Of a stretch of 64,000 bases of DNA, positions 28,263 through 38,218 are shown piece after piece. The stretch lies in contig CAVOKF010000006.1 of assembly GCA_963696385.1 (NCBI GenBank), positions 320,001-384,000 of the forward strand, given 5' to 3'. Each line of letters opens with the position of its first letter. Position 1 is the first letter of the stretch. Source of the stretch: an uncultured delta proteobacterium (lineage in GTDB: Bacteria > Myxococcota_A > Polyangia > Polyangiales > Polyangiaceae). The notes beneath the pieces are model-generated. The model worked only from the letters and a program-made list of their open reading frames with translations, did no database searches and was not told where the DNA came from. A program made the translations under genes and the position numbers.

Positions 28263-28958
28263 GTGAGTCATATTCATTTCGTTGGCGGTGAAAAAGGTGG
28301 CGTCGGCAAGAGCCTGGTCGCGCGGCTGCTGTGCCAGTGGTTCATCGATCGCTCCGCGCCGTTCGCGGCCGTCGACGCGGACGTCTCGCATGCCACTCTC
28401 CGTCGCGCCTACGGAAGTTACGCCCAGGCGGCCGACCTCGACGACTTCGCCAGCGCCGACGAGATCATCGACCGCGCGTTCGCAGCCGACCGCGCGGTCG
28501 TCGTCGATCTCCCGGCGCAAAGCAAGCGATCCCTTGACCGCTGGCTCGAAAGCGCCGACGTCCTTCGGTTCGCCCGCGAAGCAGGCATACGCTTGACGCT
28601 TTGGCACGTCAGCGACGGGACGGTCGACTCCGTCCATGACCTCGAGCGTACGTTGGAACGTTACGGAGACGCGCTCGCTTACATCGCCGTCAAAAACCAC
28701 GGTCGCGGCAAGGACTTCGCCCTTTTCGAGGAGAGCGACGCGCGCCGGCGGTTGCAGGAGCGCGGCGGCCGCGTCATCGACCTCCCGGAGCTCGACGCGG
28801 TGACGATGACACGCATCGATCGAACGGGCGTGAGCCTCTGGGCTGCGGCAAACAACACGGAAGGCGATCCGACGCTGGCCCCGCTTCAGAGGCAGCGGGC
28901 CCGCATGTGGCTGGAACGCTGTTATGCGGCCTTGGGCTCTCTCGGCGACGCGCTGTGA
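28263..28958 (+). CDS. ParA/MinD-superfamily P-loop NTPase (MobD-like)
   Basis: GGEKGGVGKS deviant Walker A; VDAD; VVVDLPA. Confidence 0.8.
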   Translation: MSHIHFVGGEKGGVGKSLVARLLCQWFIDRSAPFAAVDADVSHATLRRAYGSYAQAADLDDFASADEIIDRAFAADRAVVVDLPAQSKRSLDRWLESADVLRFAREAGIRLTLWHVSDGTVDSVHDLERTLERYGDALAYIAVKNHGRGKDFALFEESDARRRLQERGGRVIDLPELDAVTMTRIDRTGVSLWAAANNTEGDPTLAPLQRQRARMWLERCYAALGSLGDAL

Positions 28959-29135
28959 GCGCTCACTCGACCTCGTAGCGGGGCATGCCGTGGCCAAGTC
29001 GCCCTTTTCGGGCGGAGAAGATCGCGATATCCCATGCGATGGCCAGGCCCCGGCGAACTCGTCACCGTTTTGAAACGAGATCGTCGTCTTGCTGGGGGGC
29101 AACGAGACCTAGAGTCGTTCGAAGAGGCCGACGAA

Positions 29136-29594
29136 ATGCTCCAGCCCAAAGTCGTTTTTGCCCCGATCGATTTCAGCGATCCAGCACGCGACGCGGCGGA
29201 TACCGCAGCGGATCTCGCCTCCCGATATAGCGCCGCTCTCGTGATCGCTCACGTCGTGCCCGCCTTGCCGAAGCTGCCTGCGGGCGTCTCGGTCTTCAAG
29301 GAGGGGGAATACGAACGCCGCCTTCACGAGGACGCCGTGAAGCGAATCGCCGAGGTGGCCGACAAGTACGCTCAGAGCGGAATTTCCGTGCGATCGGAAG
29401 TCGGGGTAGCGAACGATGTGGGGATGGAAATTGTGCGGATCGCCGAGCGCCACAAAGCGGATCTCATCGTCATCGCCAGCCACGGTCTCACAGGTTGGAA
29501 CAAAGTCCTCTTTGGCTCGGTGGCCGAGAAGATCGTGCGCTTGGCCGAGTGCTCCGTGTTGCTGCTGAAGGCTGCACCGACGAACAAGCGCTGA
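29136..29594 (+). CDS. Universal stress protein
   Basis: PIDFS; ADLIVIASHG...FGSVAEKIVRLAECSVL. Confidence 0.93.
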   Translation: MLQPKVVFAPIDFSDPARDAADTAADLASRYSAALVIAHVVPALPKLPAGVSVFKEGEYERRLHEDAVKRIAEVADKYAQSGISVRSEVGVANDVGMEIVRIAERHKADLIVIASHGLTGWNKVLFGSVAEKIVRLAECSVLLLKAAPTNKR

Positions 29595-29693
29595 AGGCTG
29601 CACCGACGAACAAGCGCTGAAGGCTGCCCGACCGACGAACAAGCGCTGAAAGCCCCGCCGACGAACAAACGCAGGGTGCACCGACGAACTCGC
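29564..29693. repeat. About 5 decaying copies of a 26 bp unit GCTGAAGGCTGCACCGACGAACAAGC
   Basis: Two perfect copies followed by progressively diverged ones; the first copy is the 3' end of the USP gene. Confidence 0.9.
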
Positions 29694-29782
29694 GCTCAGT
29701 CCGGCTCCGTGATGAAGCGGGCCGCGGACGTCGCCGACCGCGGCGGCGCGGCCCACGGGATGGTCTCGGTGTAATCTAAGCC

Positions 29783-30472
29783 ATGCGGCTGGTTTCTGCG
29801 GGTGCCACCGTCGCTGCGTGGGCGTGCGTTGCGTGCAGCGCCGGGATCAACCAAAGCAATGGTTCGAAGCTCGGCGAGGCGCTCGCCTTCGCGGCTGTTG
29901 CGGGTGCCGCGCAACTGGGGTTGTCGGCGGCGGAGCAACAAGCGCGCAACAACGCCCCCGTGACTCACGCGTCGAGGGGGCTGGGTGTCGCACCCGGATG
30001 CGACAACGACGACGGGTACGCCTGCATGACCGTACGGGCCGAGTCGTCCGCCCGCAGCATTCCCGAGCCGGAGATGGACGAGGACGAAGCGCGCGCTTAC
30101 GTGCTCGGTTACGTCAACGGGGTTCGCAGGCTCAACGGCGTCGGTCCTCTGATCCGGGACGAATCGCTCGATGCATTCGCTCAAGCGGGCAGCGACGAAC
30201 TCGCGCTGGACCCTCGCCCGAACCGTCCCATGTCCGAGCAGGCCGGGGACCTCCACGCCGTGAGCGGCGAGGTCGAAGGCTCGCCGGACGGATCGCGTGC
30301 TGCCCTTCTGCAGGATCGGATCGCCGAAATTCTCCTCCGCTGGATGAACGAGGGACCCGGCGGAGCCGACCACGACACCCTGCTGCGACCCGGGTGGCGT
30401 AACGTCGGAGTCGGCATTGCGAAACGCGACGGTCGTTTGTTCTTTTCCGTCGATTTCTCGGCCGCCCATTAG
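29783..30472 (+). CDS. CAP/SCP domain lipoprotein
   Basis: VNGVRRLNGVGPL; WMNEGPGG.H..LL; VGVGIA...SVDF. Confidence 0.8.
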   Translation: MRLVSAGATVAAWACVACSAGINQSNGSKLGEALAFAAVAGAAQLGLSAAEQQARNNAPVTHASRGLGVAPGCDNDDGYACMTVRAESSARSIPEPEMDEDEARAYVLGYVNGVRRLNGVGPLIRDESLDAFAQAGSDELALDPRPNRPMSEQAGDLHAVSGEVEGSPDGSRAALLQDRIAEILLRWMNEGPGGADHDTLLRPGWRNVGVGIAKRDGRLFFSVDFSAAH

Positions 30473-30490
30473 ATGGGTCGCTCGGCGGCG

Positions 30491-31120
30491 TCAGGCCGGG
30501 CCGGAGGGCGGAATGTCGCCCGCGGCCGGTGTGTCCTCGAGCGAGGGATAACGGTCGACCAGCGAAAGGTGGTAGGCGAGCAGGCGAAGCTGATAGCGCT
30601 GCATCGTCGCCAGCCCATCGGCGATGGCCGCCGGGATGCGCCCGCTCACGAGGATCACGGCCGCACCCACCAGCCACGCCAACCCCGAGGCCGTCGTCAA
30701 AACGGCCCACAGCAGCAGTGCCGGAAAGCTGTACACGAGACGCAGCAGCGCTGAACTCGCGGTCGGTGAGCCGCCCACCTCGATTTCGACCTCCACCGCG
30801 GACTCCGGATCATGGTTCGGCCACTGGTCGGTGAGGAGCCACACGTAGGCGCTTGCCGCAGCGAACCAGCGAAGCGAGCGGCCGATGCGCGGCGCGTCTT
30901 CGGCGAGGTATCGCTCCGGCCCGTGCTGAGAAATGAGTAGCGCGGCGACGGCAGGGAGCACCAGATAGAGGAGCCCATAGACCGACGAGCCACCGATCAT
31001 CCCGATGGCGCAAAGCAGCACCAGGCGGATGACGACCTGGATGCGATTCATGGGTCGCGACACTCGGACGCGCAAGCGCACGGGATGGGCCGCCGAATTC
31101 AAACTCGCGGGTGACGTCAT
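30491..31120 (-). CDS. DUF4389-like membrane protein
   Basis: Two internal repeats ending YVWLLTDQWP and YHLSLVDRYP; hydrophobic segments. Confidence 0.7.
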   Translation of the reverse strand: MTSPASLNSAAHPVRLRVRVSRPMNRIQVVIRLVLLCAIGMIGGSSVYGLLYLVLPAVAALLISQHGPERYLAEDAPRIGRSLRWFAAASAYVWLLTDQWPNHDPESAVEVEIEVGGSPTASSALLRLVYSFPALLLWAVLTTASGLAWLVGAAVILVSGRIPAAIADGLATMQRYQLRLLAYHLSLVDRYPSLEDTPAAGDIPPSGPA

Positions 31121-31316
31121 GGGGATGGCAGGCGGCGGCCTCAAGGGCTTCCGATGGGGCAGGTCGCGGCAGCGCGCCCGAAGTCTGGCCCACGGACGCT
31201 CCCACGGCCAGTGGCCGGTGAGCGTGGTGCTCGGCCGGCCCCATCCCGCGATGGCCTGGTTTCGGATTCGAATGAGACGCGGCAAGCCCGGACCGCGGGC
31301 GCTCGGTGGAGATCCC

Positions 31317-32051
31317 TCAGCGGTATTGAACGGAGTCGACGTACAGATGAAAGGGCGCGGTCCCCAATAGCTCGAAGCCCAGTCGGATCACCTGCGTCGG
31401 GTCGTAGTCGGGTTGGTTGTAAGCCGGCATCGAGACGTCGAGAGAGACACACGTCCACGTATGAGGGGTGAGAAACACGGTGCCGCCGTCGGCCCACGAA
31501 TAGTCGGCTCCAGTTTGGACGAACACCTTCAGATGGGGACTGGGGCCGCTGTCGAGCCAGACCCACGCCGACAAAGTGCGCTCCGCCAGATTGGCGGGCG
31601 ATGTCTCCTCGAGGACGAGCCACGCCCCGCTCAGCGCCGCCGCATCCGTCGGGGTCGGGGTCACGTCCACCTGCACGGCGCCCGCCGTCGGGTAGCCCGT
31701 ACTGCCGGTCCACGCGAGCGTTGCCGCGACGCCGGGATCGCTCAAGAGGACCCAGCCCTCGATACCGGTGTCGAACGTCCATTGCTCGACCGCGGGGATG
31801 CTGCTGGCGCATGGCGTGGAAGCCTCGAAGCTGGCATCGGCGGAGCCGTCCGACGCGTCGGTCGCTTCGAGGTCGCCGTCACCGGTGGGTGCGCCATCCG
31901 GGGATCCAAAACCAATCGTCTCGACATCGTTCGCTCCCACGCCATCGAGGGCCAGGGGGGCGATCGCGTCGAGGTTCACCCAGTCGCACGCCAAAAGCGC
32001 ACTCGCGACGGCGGCAGCCATCGCGGCCACTTCGGGCGCACCACGCCCCAT
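31317..32051 (-). CDS. Lipoprotein with CBM-like jelly-roll domain; 4th gene of ECF cassette A
   Basis: LLAC lipobox; WTFDTGIEGW...YVDSV; ATG overlaps the upstream TGA. Confidence 0.65.
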   Translation of the reverse strand: MGRGAPEVAAMAAAVASALLACDWVNLDAIAPLALDGVGANDVETIGFGSPDGAPTGDGDLEATDASDGSADASFEASTPCASSIPAVEQWTFDTGIEGWVLLSDPGVAATLAWTGSTGYPTAGAVQVDVTPTPTDAAALSGAWLVLEETSPANLAERTLSAWVWLDSGPSPHLKVFVQTGADYSWADGGTVFLTPHTWTCVSLDVSMPAYNQPDYDPTQVIRLGFELLGTAPFHLYVDSVQYR

Positions 32052-33085
32052 CAAATCCACCCCGCGACTGTGAACAAGACCAAAAGAGTCGGGCGGCCCA
32101 GGCTTGCCGCCACCCTGTCGATGAACCGGACCCTAATCCCCGGTTCGGTCACGAGGGCATGCGCGTCGAGCGACAACTGGACGTTCGATGTGACCGATGC
32201 GGCGACTCCGACGGCGCCGTCGAGCGCCAGAGCCAACGCACTCCCGCCGCGGCCTTGAAAGGACTGGGCGCCGGTCCCATTCACCGACACATCATAAGCT
32301 CCCGCTCCGATGGCGACGAGCGGCTGGAGCCACCGGGCATGGCCGAGCACCGCCGTGCCATCCACGACAACGACACCTTGTTGGATGGTTGCCGTCCCGC
32401 CCGCGCTGTGGACGGTGGGAGTCGACCCGAGCCCTGCCCCGATCAGGCGCACCTGGAACGTTCGATTGGCGGCGAGGCGCAGCCCCAAGGTCGGCACGAC
32501 GGCGGCCCCAACGCCCGCGAAGCCGCCTAGGACGCCGAGTCCGCCTTCGATGGCCCATCGAGCGAAGGTGGGTCGTTCGACGGGCTCGCGGTGCGGGGGG
32601 CTGGGCGCTGGGGTCGGCTCTGTCTGGGCTGCCGGCCGAAGAGATGCGATTGCGAAATCGAGGAGATTTGCGCGCATGACGTCGACCGCGCGGCGCGCCA
32701 CCACTTCCGGCCGCGCATCGGACGAGCTCTGCACGTCCAAGTGCCGCACGTCGCGCCGGTCCGATCGCGTGTCCAACAGATAGATGTCGACGCTGCTTGC
32801 GTCGTCGTCGACAAAAAAGCCTGCGGCGATCGGTTCACCCGCCGCACTCCCCGCTTGCCGAAGCGCGGACTCGCGGTCGGCTTCAGGCACCGGGGGCAGC
32901 GGCTGGACGCGAAAGCCGTCGGCGATCAACTCGCCCCGAACCCGGTTCACGATCTCGTTCTTCGCGGCGCTGCCTTTGCCGGGCTCGCCGAGCATCACGA
33001 GGACGGAGGCGGCTTGGCCGAGCCGCGACGATGCGACGACGACGAGTGCGATGAGCGCGGCGTGCCCGAAGCGGCGAGCGCTCAC
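32051..33085 (-). CDS. Secreted protein with conserved periplasmic domain, Pro linker and putative C-terminal beta-barrel (cassette A)
   Basis: Signal peptide; PEVVARRAVDVMRANL shared with 55210..56271; amphipathic strands ending in W-I. Confidence 0.75.
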   Translation of the reverse strand: MSARRFGHAALIALVVVASSRLGQAASVLVMLGEPGKGSAAKNEIVNRVRGELIADGFRVQPLPPVPEADRESALRQAGSAAGEPIAAGFFVDDDASSVDIYLLDTRSDRRDVRHLDVQSSSDARPEVVARRAVDVMRANLLDFAIASLRPAAQTEPTPAPSPPHREPVERPTFARWAIEGGLGVLGGFAGVGAAVVPTLGLRLAANRTFQVRLIGAGLGSTPTVHSAGGTATIQQGVVVVDGTAVLGHARWLQPLVAIGAGAYDVSVNGTGAQSFQGRGGSALALALDGAVGVAASVTSNVQLSLDAHALVTEPGIRVRFIDRVAASLGRPTLLVLFTVAGWI

Positions 33086-34359
33086 GGCACTCGGGTGAGT
33101 GCCCGCGCCTTCGCGCTGTAGGGGCCATCCGGAAAATGGCTCAAGTAGTCCGTCGCCGCAGCACGTGCCTGTGGCGCTCCGGCGACCTGTTCGATGAGCA
33201 TCATCTTCCGTCCCATCGCTTCGGAACCGTACGTGCCGCCCGGATTCTCGCGCACGTAGCGATCGTACCAGTCGATGCCGGCGGTCGGGTTCTTGAGCGT
33301 CTCTTCGAGCCGCCCGAGAAGAAAGGCTGCGTCGCGCGCCGCGGAAGAAGCTGGAAAGCGAGCCCGCTCTGCGAGCAGCGCCTGGCGGGCGATGTCATCG
33401 TGGCGGCTGTAGCGCGCGGCATCCGCGAGCGTGGCGATCTCGGAACTATTGGCCGTTGCGATGCAGTCGTCGATCCCACGGCGCTCGGCTTGTCGGACGA
33501 TGGCTTCGAACTCGCCGTTGGCCAACATCGCCGCCCAGTCCGGACTTGCCGCGCCCGTGTTCGTCGGAGGCCGAAGCGTCGCCCCGGCGCGCGCCAGGGC
33601 CGCGCCGCCCGTCACGGCTGGGGAGCTCGCGGACGGGGGGATCGGGGAAGGGGTCGGCATTTCCGCCGGCGGGTCCTGCCGGAGGCCGTCACGATCGCGG
33701 ATGAGCGTTTCTCGCTCGCGCACCCGCACGTCCAGTTGCTGGCCGGCGCGCAACGCGAGCTCCCCATCGGAAAGCGGGCCGCTGACCTCGACGGACCCGC
33801 GATCCATCCGCACCTCGAGCTCCTCCTGGGCTGCGTTCCAGCCGACGCGGAAGGCCGTTCCCGTCACCGCAATGGCGAACGGGCCCGCCTCGAACGACCA
33901 GCGCGCCCCCGGACGATGCGCGATGTCGACGTACACGTTGCCACCGGTCAAGGTCACCCGGGCTCCCAGCGCGTCCACCTGCCGCAAGGAAGCATGCGTT
34001 CCGGGCGACAGAGATACGTCGCTGCCGTCCGAAAAATGCAATGTCGCTGCGGCTCCGGGGTCGACCTCGATGAATCCGCCGCGCGCGATGTGCCCCCCTT
34101 CGACGGTGCAAGACAACGGGCGCGCCGGGCGATGGCGGAATTCGCGGACGCCTACGCCGGCGACGAGCGCGACCACGCCGACCGCGGCCGCGAGGGGCCA
34201 GGCGAACGGCAAGGGCCGCCTGCGCCTCAGCCGGTCCAGGATCAGGTCGGCTCCTTCGATGCGCTGGCGCGCGGACATCCGACCGCGCCGATCCTGGACG
34301 AGACCCGCGAAGGCCGCGACCGGATCGGCCGGCGCATCCGGCTGTTGCCGACGAATCAT
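33082..34359 (-). CDS. FecR-like anti-sigma factor with C-terminal TPR domain (cassette A)
   Basis: TM helix; FSDGS...AGPFAIAVTGTAF...GSVEV FecR core; TPR tail; ATGA overlap with the sigma gene. Confidence 0.85.
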   Translation of the reverse strand: MIRRQQPDAPADPVAAFAGLVQDRRGRMSARQRIEGADLILDRLRRRRPLPFAWPLAAAVGVVALVAGVGVREFRHRPARPLSCTVEGGHIARGGFIEVDPGAAATLHFSDGSDVSLSPGTHASLRQVDALGARVTLTGGNVYVDIAHRPGARWSFEAGPFAIAVTGTAFRVGWNAAQEELEVRMDRGSVEVSGPLSDGELALRAGQQLDVRVRERETLIRDRDGLRQDPPAEMPTPSPIPPSASSPAVTGGAALARAGATLRPPTNTGAASPDWAAMLANGEFEAIVRQAERRGIDDCIATANSSEIATLADAARYSRHDDIARQALLAERARFPASSAARDAAFLLGRLEETLKNPTAGIDWYDRYVRENPGGTYGSEAMGRKMMLIEQVAGAPQARAAATDYLSHFPDGPYSAKARALTRVP

Positions 34360-35021
34360 CGAGCCCCCCTCGACCGCACGATGTATTCGGCGAAATCGGG
34401 GTCTTGCTTGGCGAACCCTTCCACTTGTTCGGAGGCTCTGCGGATCCGTCGTTTGACGGTCGCCAGGGAGGCCCCCGTGGCCTGCGCTACGGCATCGAGG
34501 CTGAGCCCTTCGATCTGGCGCAACACGAACGCCGTCCTGTCGTCCGCACTGAGCGTGTCGAGCATCGAGTAGAAGCGGCGCAGAAGATCGCGTCCCTCGC
34601 CATCCGAAGCTTCGGAGACGCATTCGGGGACATCGCCCGAATCGGAGAGCGAGAAGAGGCGGCGGACGCGCTTGGTGCGCAAGTGTCCTCGCAACATCCG
34701 GATCGCCGTCGAATAAATGAAACTCCGCAGCGCACCCGGGTCACGCAGTCGCCCGATGGCGGCGAATATTCTCCAGAACACTTCCTGAGTGAGGTCCTCG
34801 CTCTCCACCGAGGATCCGAGTGCGCGGTCCAGCACGCCGTAGACGAAGGGCGCGTAGCGGTTCCACATGGCCCTCGCGGCCCATTCTTCGCGGCCGATCA
34901 GTCCCCGCACCAGTTCGGCGTCGTCGGCTTCGGCGGGATCGCGTCTCGCGAGGAGCCGCAACGGAGGGCGGTTCGACCGGCTCTCCCAAGGCCGCAGCGA
35001 ATTGCTCACGCGCACCCCCAA
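34356..35021 (-). CDS. ECF sigma factor (cassette A)
   Basis: EDLTQEVF region 2; SLATVKRRIRRA region 4. Confidence 0.92.
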   Translation of the reverse strand: MGVRVSNSLRPWESRSNRPPLRLLARRDPAEADDAELVRGLIGREEWAARAMWNRYAPFVYGVLDRALGSSVESEDLTQEVFWRIFAAIGRLRDPGALRSFIYSTAIRMLRGHLRTKRVRRLFSLSDSGDVPECVSEASDGEGRDLLRRFYSMLDTLSADDRTAFVLRQIEGLSLDAVAQATGASLATVKRRIRRASEQVEGFAKQDPDFAEYIVRSRGAR

Positions 35022-35127
35022 CGGCGACGACGGACTCGCCCGAGCGCTTGCGCAAATCCAAACATCGACCCCTATGCAAAACCTTGCCCAACTCCCTCGG
35101 GTCTGTCAACGCGTTTCAAGCCTTGTC

Positions 35128-35183
35128 CTCGGTCTCGGCTCTCGGTCTCGGCTCTCGGTCTCGGCTCTCGGTCTCGGCTCTCG
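35128..35183. repeat. 13 bp x4 tandem repeat CTCGGTCTCGGCT
   Basis: Read directly; lies in a divergent intergenic region. Confidence 0.95.
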
Positions 35184-35249
35184 ATGGACGTCGACCGCAG
35201 GGGCGCGAGTGCCCTCGCACCGACGCCGAACGTGCGCGTCTCTCCGCGC

Positions 35250-35948
35250 ATGGATCGTGCTTGTAGGTTCGCCGTGACGGTGCGTGGGTCGGTTGGTTGG
35301 GTGGTCGTGATCCTCGCCGCGTGCCCAGCCGCTTGTGGGGGCGGGCACTCCGCTCCCAAGGCTGGCTCTGCCGCGGAGGCTGGCGATAGCTCGGGGGCCG
35401 AAGATGCGGGCACCGAAGGGGGGGTGCAAGCCCCCGTCAACCACCGGCCCGCCGGCCCATCGTGCCCGATGCTGCGTGGGGCAAGCTGTCCCCAGGCGCC
35501 GCTCTGCCAACTCGCCGGCGGATGCGATGCGGATTCGGAATGCGATGCGGGGACGAATGGCCGCTGTACCGGCACGTTGCCTGCCCCCCTGTCGTGCACC
35601 TACGACCAGTGCTTCAACGATTCGGACTGTCCGCCCGCGACGCCGTGCGATTGTCGTTCCTCGTCGTCCGATACCGCCGCAAATATCTGCTTGGCCGGAA
35701 GCCACTGCGCCATCGACTCGGACTGTGGTCCGGGCGGCTTCTGCTCGCCGTCGCCTTCGGCCGACGATTGCAATCCCCTCTACTACTGCCACACAGCGGC
35801 GGACACGTGCGTGAACGATGGAGACTGCCCGGTGGCGGCTCGATGCGACTCCAGCGACGCCTCCGACTGTGGTCAACCCGAAACATGCAACTACGACGTC
35901 CAGACGCGGCATTGGGCCTGTGCGGTCCAGTGTTTGCGGGCTCTATGA
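35250..35948 (+). CDS. Cys-rich lipoprotein with CxxDxDC repeats
   Basis: PAAC lipobox; CDADSEC, CFNDSDC, CAIDSDC and CVNDGDC repeats. Confidence 0.75.
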   Translation: MDRACRFAVTVRGSVGWVVVILAACPAACGGGHSAPKAGSAAEAGDSSGAEDAGTEGGVQAPVNHRPAGPSCPMLRGASCPQAPLCQLAGGCDADSECDAGTNGRCTGTLPAPLSCTYDQCFNDSDCPPATPCDCRSSSSDTAANICLAGSHCAIDSDCGPGGFCSPSPSADDCNPLYYCHTAADTCVNDGDCPVAARCDSSDASDCGQPETCNYDVQTRHWACAVQCLRAL

Positions 35949-36094
35949 CGGCCGCTGTTGCAATTTTGCCGTCGGCCTGGACGTAATGCTCGCCGCGTCA
36001 AAAAAGGGCGTCGCGGATGGACCGTGTGTTGCGCTGGATTGGCCCGCGACGCGCGACTTCGTGATCGAACTGCCGACTTGGCGCATTTACGGAC

Positions 36095-36730
36095 GTGCTC
36101 TCGCTGATTCAGGAGACCCCACGGTCCACAAGCTGCGAGACGGACCCCGTGCGCGACGAACTCGCGGGACTCGCCGCCGCGGTGGGTCGTCGCGACGCGC
36201 GCGCCGTCCGCGCCTTTCTCGTCACGATCGCCGGAACCGTTCGCGGTGCCGTCCGGACGGTGCTCGGTCCACGGCACAGCGACATCGACGACGTGACGCA
36301 GGAAGCGACTCTCGGTTTGCTCGATGCCCTCGCCCGTTTCCGCGGCGAGTGCACCGTCGCGCAGTTCGCCGGTCGTGTCGCGGTCTTTACGGCAAGGGCG
36401 GCGCGGCGGCGTCAGCAGACCCAGGAGCGGTGGGTCGTCGCCGACGATGCCGTGGGCGAGGCCACGGCCTCCGACCCGGACTCGTCGCCCCTCGTTCAAG
36501 TGGAGGCATCGCGCCGGCGCGAAGAGGTGCGGAGGCTTCTCGACCACCTTTCTCCGGCCCTTGGCGAAGCCATGGTGCTCTATTTCGTATTGGGACACAC
36601 GGCCGAAGAGATTGCGGCCATGACGCACGTTCCCATCAATACCGTCTGGAGTCGGCTGCGACTCGGCAAGGCTCGCCTTCGCCGCAAGCTTGCGGGCGAC
36701 GCCTCGGCCCGCGAGATGCAGGACGGCTGA
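36095..36730 (+). CDS. ECF sigma factor with no adjacent anti-sigma
   Basis: DDVTQE; PINTVWSRLRLGKARL. Confidence 0.88.
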   Translation: MLSLIQETPRSTSCETDPVRDELAGLAAAVGRRDARAVRAFLVTIAGTVRGAVRTVLGPRHSDIDDVTQEATLGLLDALARFRGECTVAQFAGRVAVFTARAARRRQQTQERWVVADDAVGEATASDPDSSPLVQVEASRRREEVRRLLDHLSPALGEAMVLYFVLGHTAEEIAAMTHVPINTVWSRLRLGKARLRRKLAGDASAREMQDG

Positions 36731-36766
36731 AGGGCCTCAGGGCGAAGGGTCGCGGGTCGGCTGAAT

Positions 36767-37729
36767 CTAGGTCCGCGATCGCTCGACGACGCGGTTGCGG
36801 CCGCCGCGTTTGGCTTCATAGAGCGCCGCATCGGAGGCCGCGATCAGCTGGGCGGGCGTTTCGGCATCGAGATCGGGAAAGCCGGCCACGCCGAAGCTTG
36901 CCGTGACGACCACGTCGTGAGGGTCGTGCGCCGTGCGCATCGCGGCCACGGCCTGCCGCAGTCGCTCGGCGAGCCGGACCGCGTCGGGGACGGCGATCCC
37001 ACGGCAGATGATGGCAAACTCCTCTCCGCCATACCGCGCGAAAATGTCCTCCTTGCGCAGCATGTCGAGAGCCACTCGCGCCAAGTTGACGAGAACGGCG
37101 TCGCCGGCGGGATGACCAAACGTGTCGTTGACTCTCTTGAAATGGTCGATGTCCAACAGGATGGCCGACAGCGGGGCGCCGTGGCGCCGTGCGTACGCGA
37201 GCTCCTTGTCGAGCCGCTCCATGAGGTAATTCTTGTTGTAGGCCTTCGTCAGCCCGTCGCGCAGCGAAGCGTCGAACATCCGCCGCTGGAACGATTCGTC
37301 GAGATCATCGCTGTAGGTGAACTTCAGGATGGTGATCGATCCGAGCGTGATCTTGTCGCCGTCGACCAGGAGCCGTAGCGACGCGACCCGGTTGCCGTTA
37401 ACGAACGTCCCGTTGGCGCTGCCGAGATCTTCGATGTGCGCCTCGCCTCCGGCGTAGACAATCCGGGCATGCCGACGCGAAAGGCCGTCGTCGTCGAACC
37501 GGACGGTTGCATCGCGCCCTCGGCCGATGACCACCTCGCGCTGTCGGACCGCGAACATCTCACCCACGCTGCCGCCGCCGATCACGACCAAAAACGGACG
37601 ATCGCGTCGCATCGAGGCCAACGCCGGATCGGGCGCCGCTCGGACCTGGGTTCGCTCGGAGTCGTAGCCCTCGCTGACCTTCAGATCGGGCAACTTCACC
37701 TGGCGCTTGTCGGAAGGCTTATCCGGCAT
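36767..37729 (-). CDS. FHA-domain diguanylate cyclase
   Basis: IGRG, SRRHA and SANGT FHA motifs; DIDHFKRVND; RKED I-site; GGEEF. Confidence 0.95.
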   Translation of the reverse strand: MPDKPSDKRQVKLPDLKVSEGYDSERTQVRAAPDPALASMRRDRPFLVVIGGGSVGEMFAVRQREVVIGRGRDATVRFDDDGLSRRHARIVYAGGEAHIEDLGSANGTFVNGNRVASLRLLVDGDKITLGSITILKFTYSDDLDESFQRRMFDASLRDGLTKAYNKNYLMERLDKELAYARRHGAPLSAILLDIDHFKRVNDTFGHPAGDAVLVNLARVALDMLRKEDIFARYGGEEFAIICRGIAVPDAVRLAERLRQAVAAMRTAHDPHDVVVTASFGVAGFPDLDAETPAQLIAASDAALYEAKRGGRNRVVERSRT

Positions 37730-38218
37730 GAGTCCGTCCCCCCTCGCTCGTAGCGATCCGGTTGCCCCGGCGCCGCGATCGGCTGCGGCTCGAAACGGTC
37801 GAAATCGGCATCCACCGCATCCCCAGAGTGTGCGTCACCCGAGACCCGCGTGGAAGAGGGCACGCGCCGACGGGCCGGCCGGCAGAGCGGCGAAAGCCGC
37901 TGCGTGGATCCCCGTCGCTCCGTGCCGAAGAAATTGCCATCGGGCGCCCCCGATAACGATAGCTCGCGTTTGCGCGCGGCGGAGGGGGTGAAACGAGCCT
38001 TTTTTGGGCGGCGATCCGTGGCTGACAATGAAGGGCAGGCAGACGAAAGCTCGCACCATGCGGAAACGTCGCTATGATGGTCAGGCCAATTGCCGGCAGC
38101 CGCGCAAGCGAGGCTGCCCCGATCGGCCGTCGACGCGCTCATGCGCGCGAGCAGCGAGTCGAGAGGGATCGTTCGGAGTGCATCTGCGGAATTCGGTTTG
38201 ACGCGACGAGGGTGTTTG

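Noticed and set aside
28263..28958. HypB substitute or evidence of a plasmid/ICE
   Set aside because: About 10 kb from the hydrogenase operon, no metal-binding motifs, and no mobility genes.
29564..29693. Possible CRISPR array
   Set aside because: Contiguous units without unique spacers, overlapping a CDS end.
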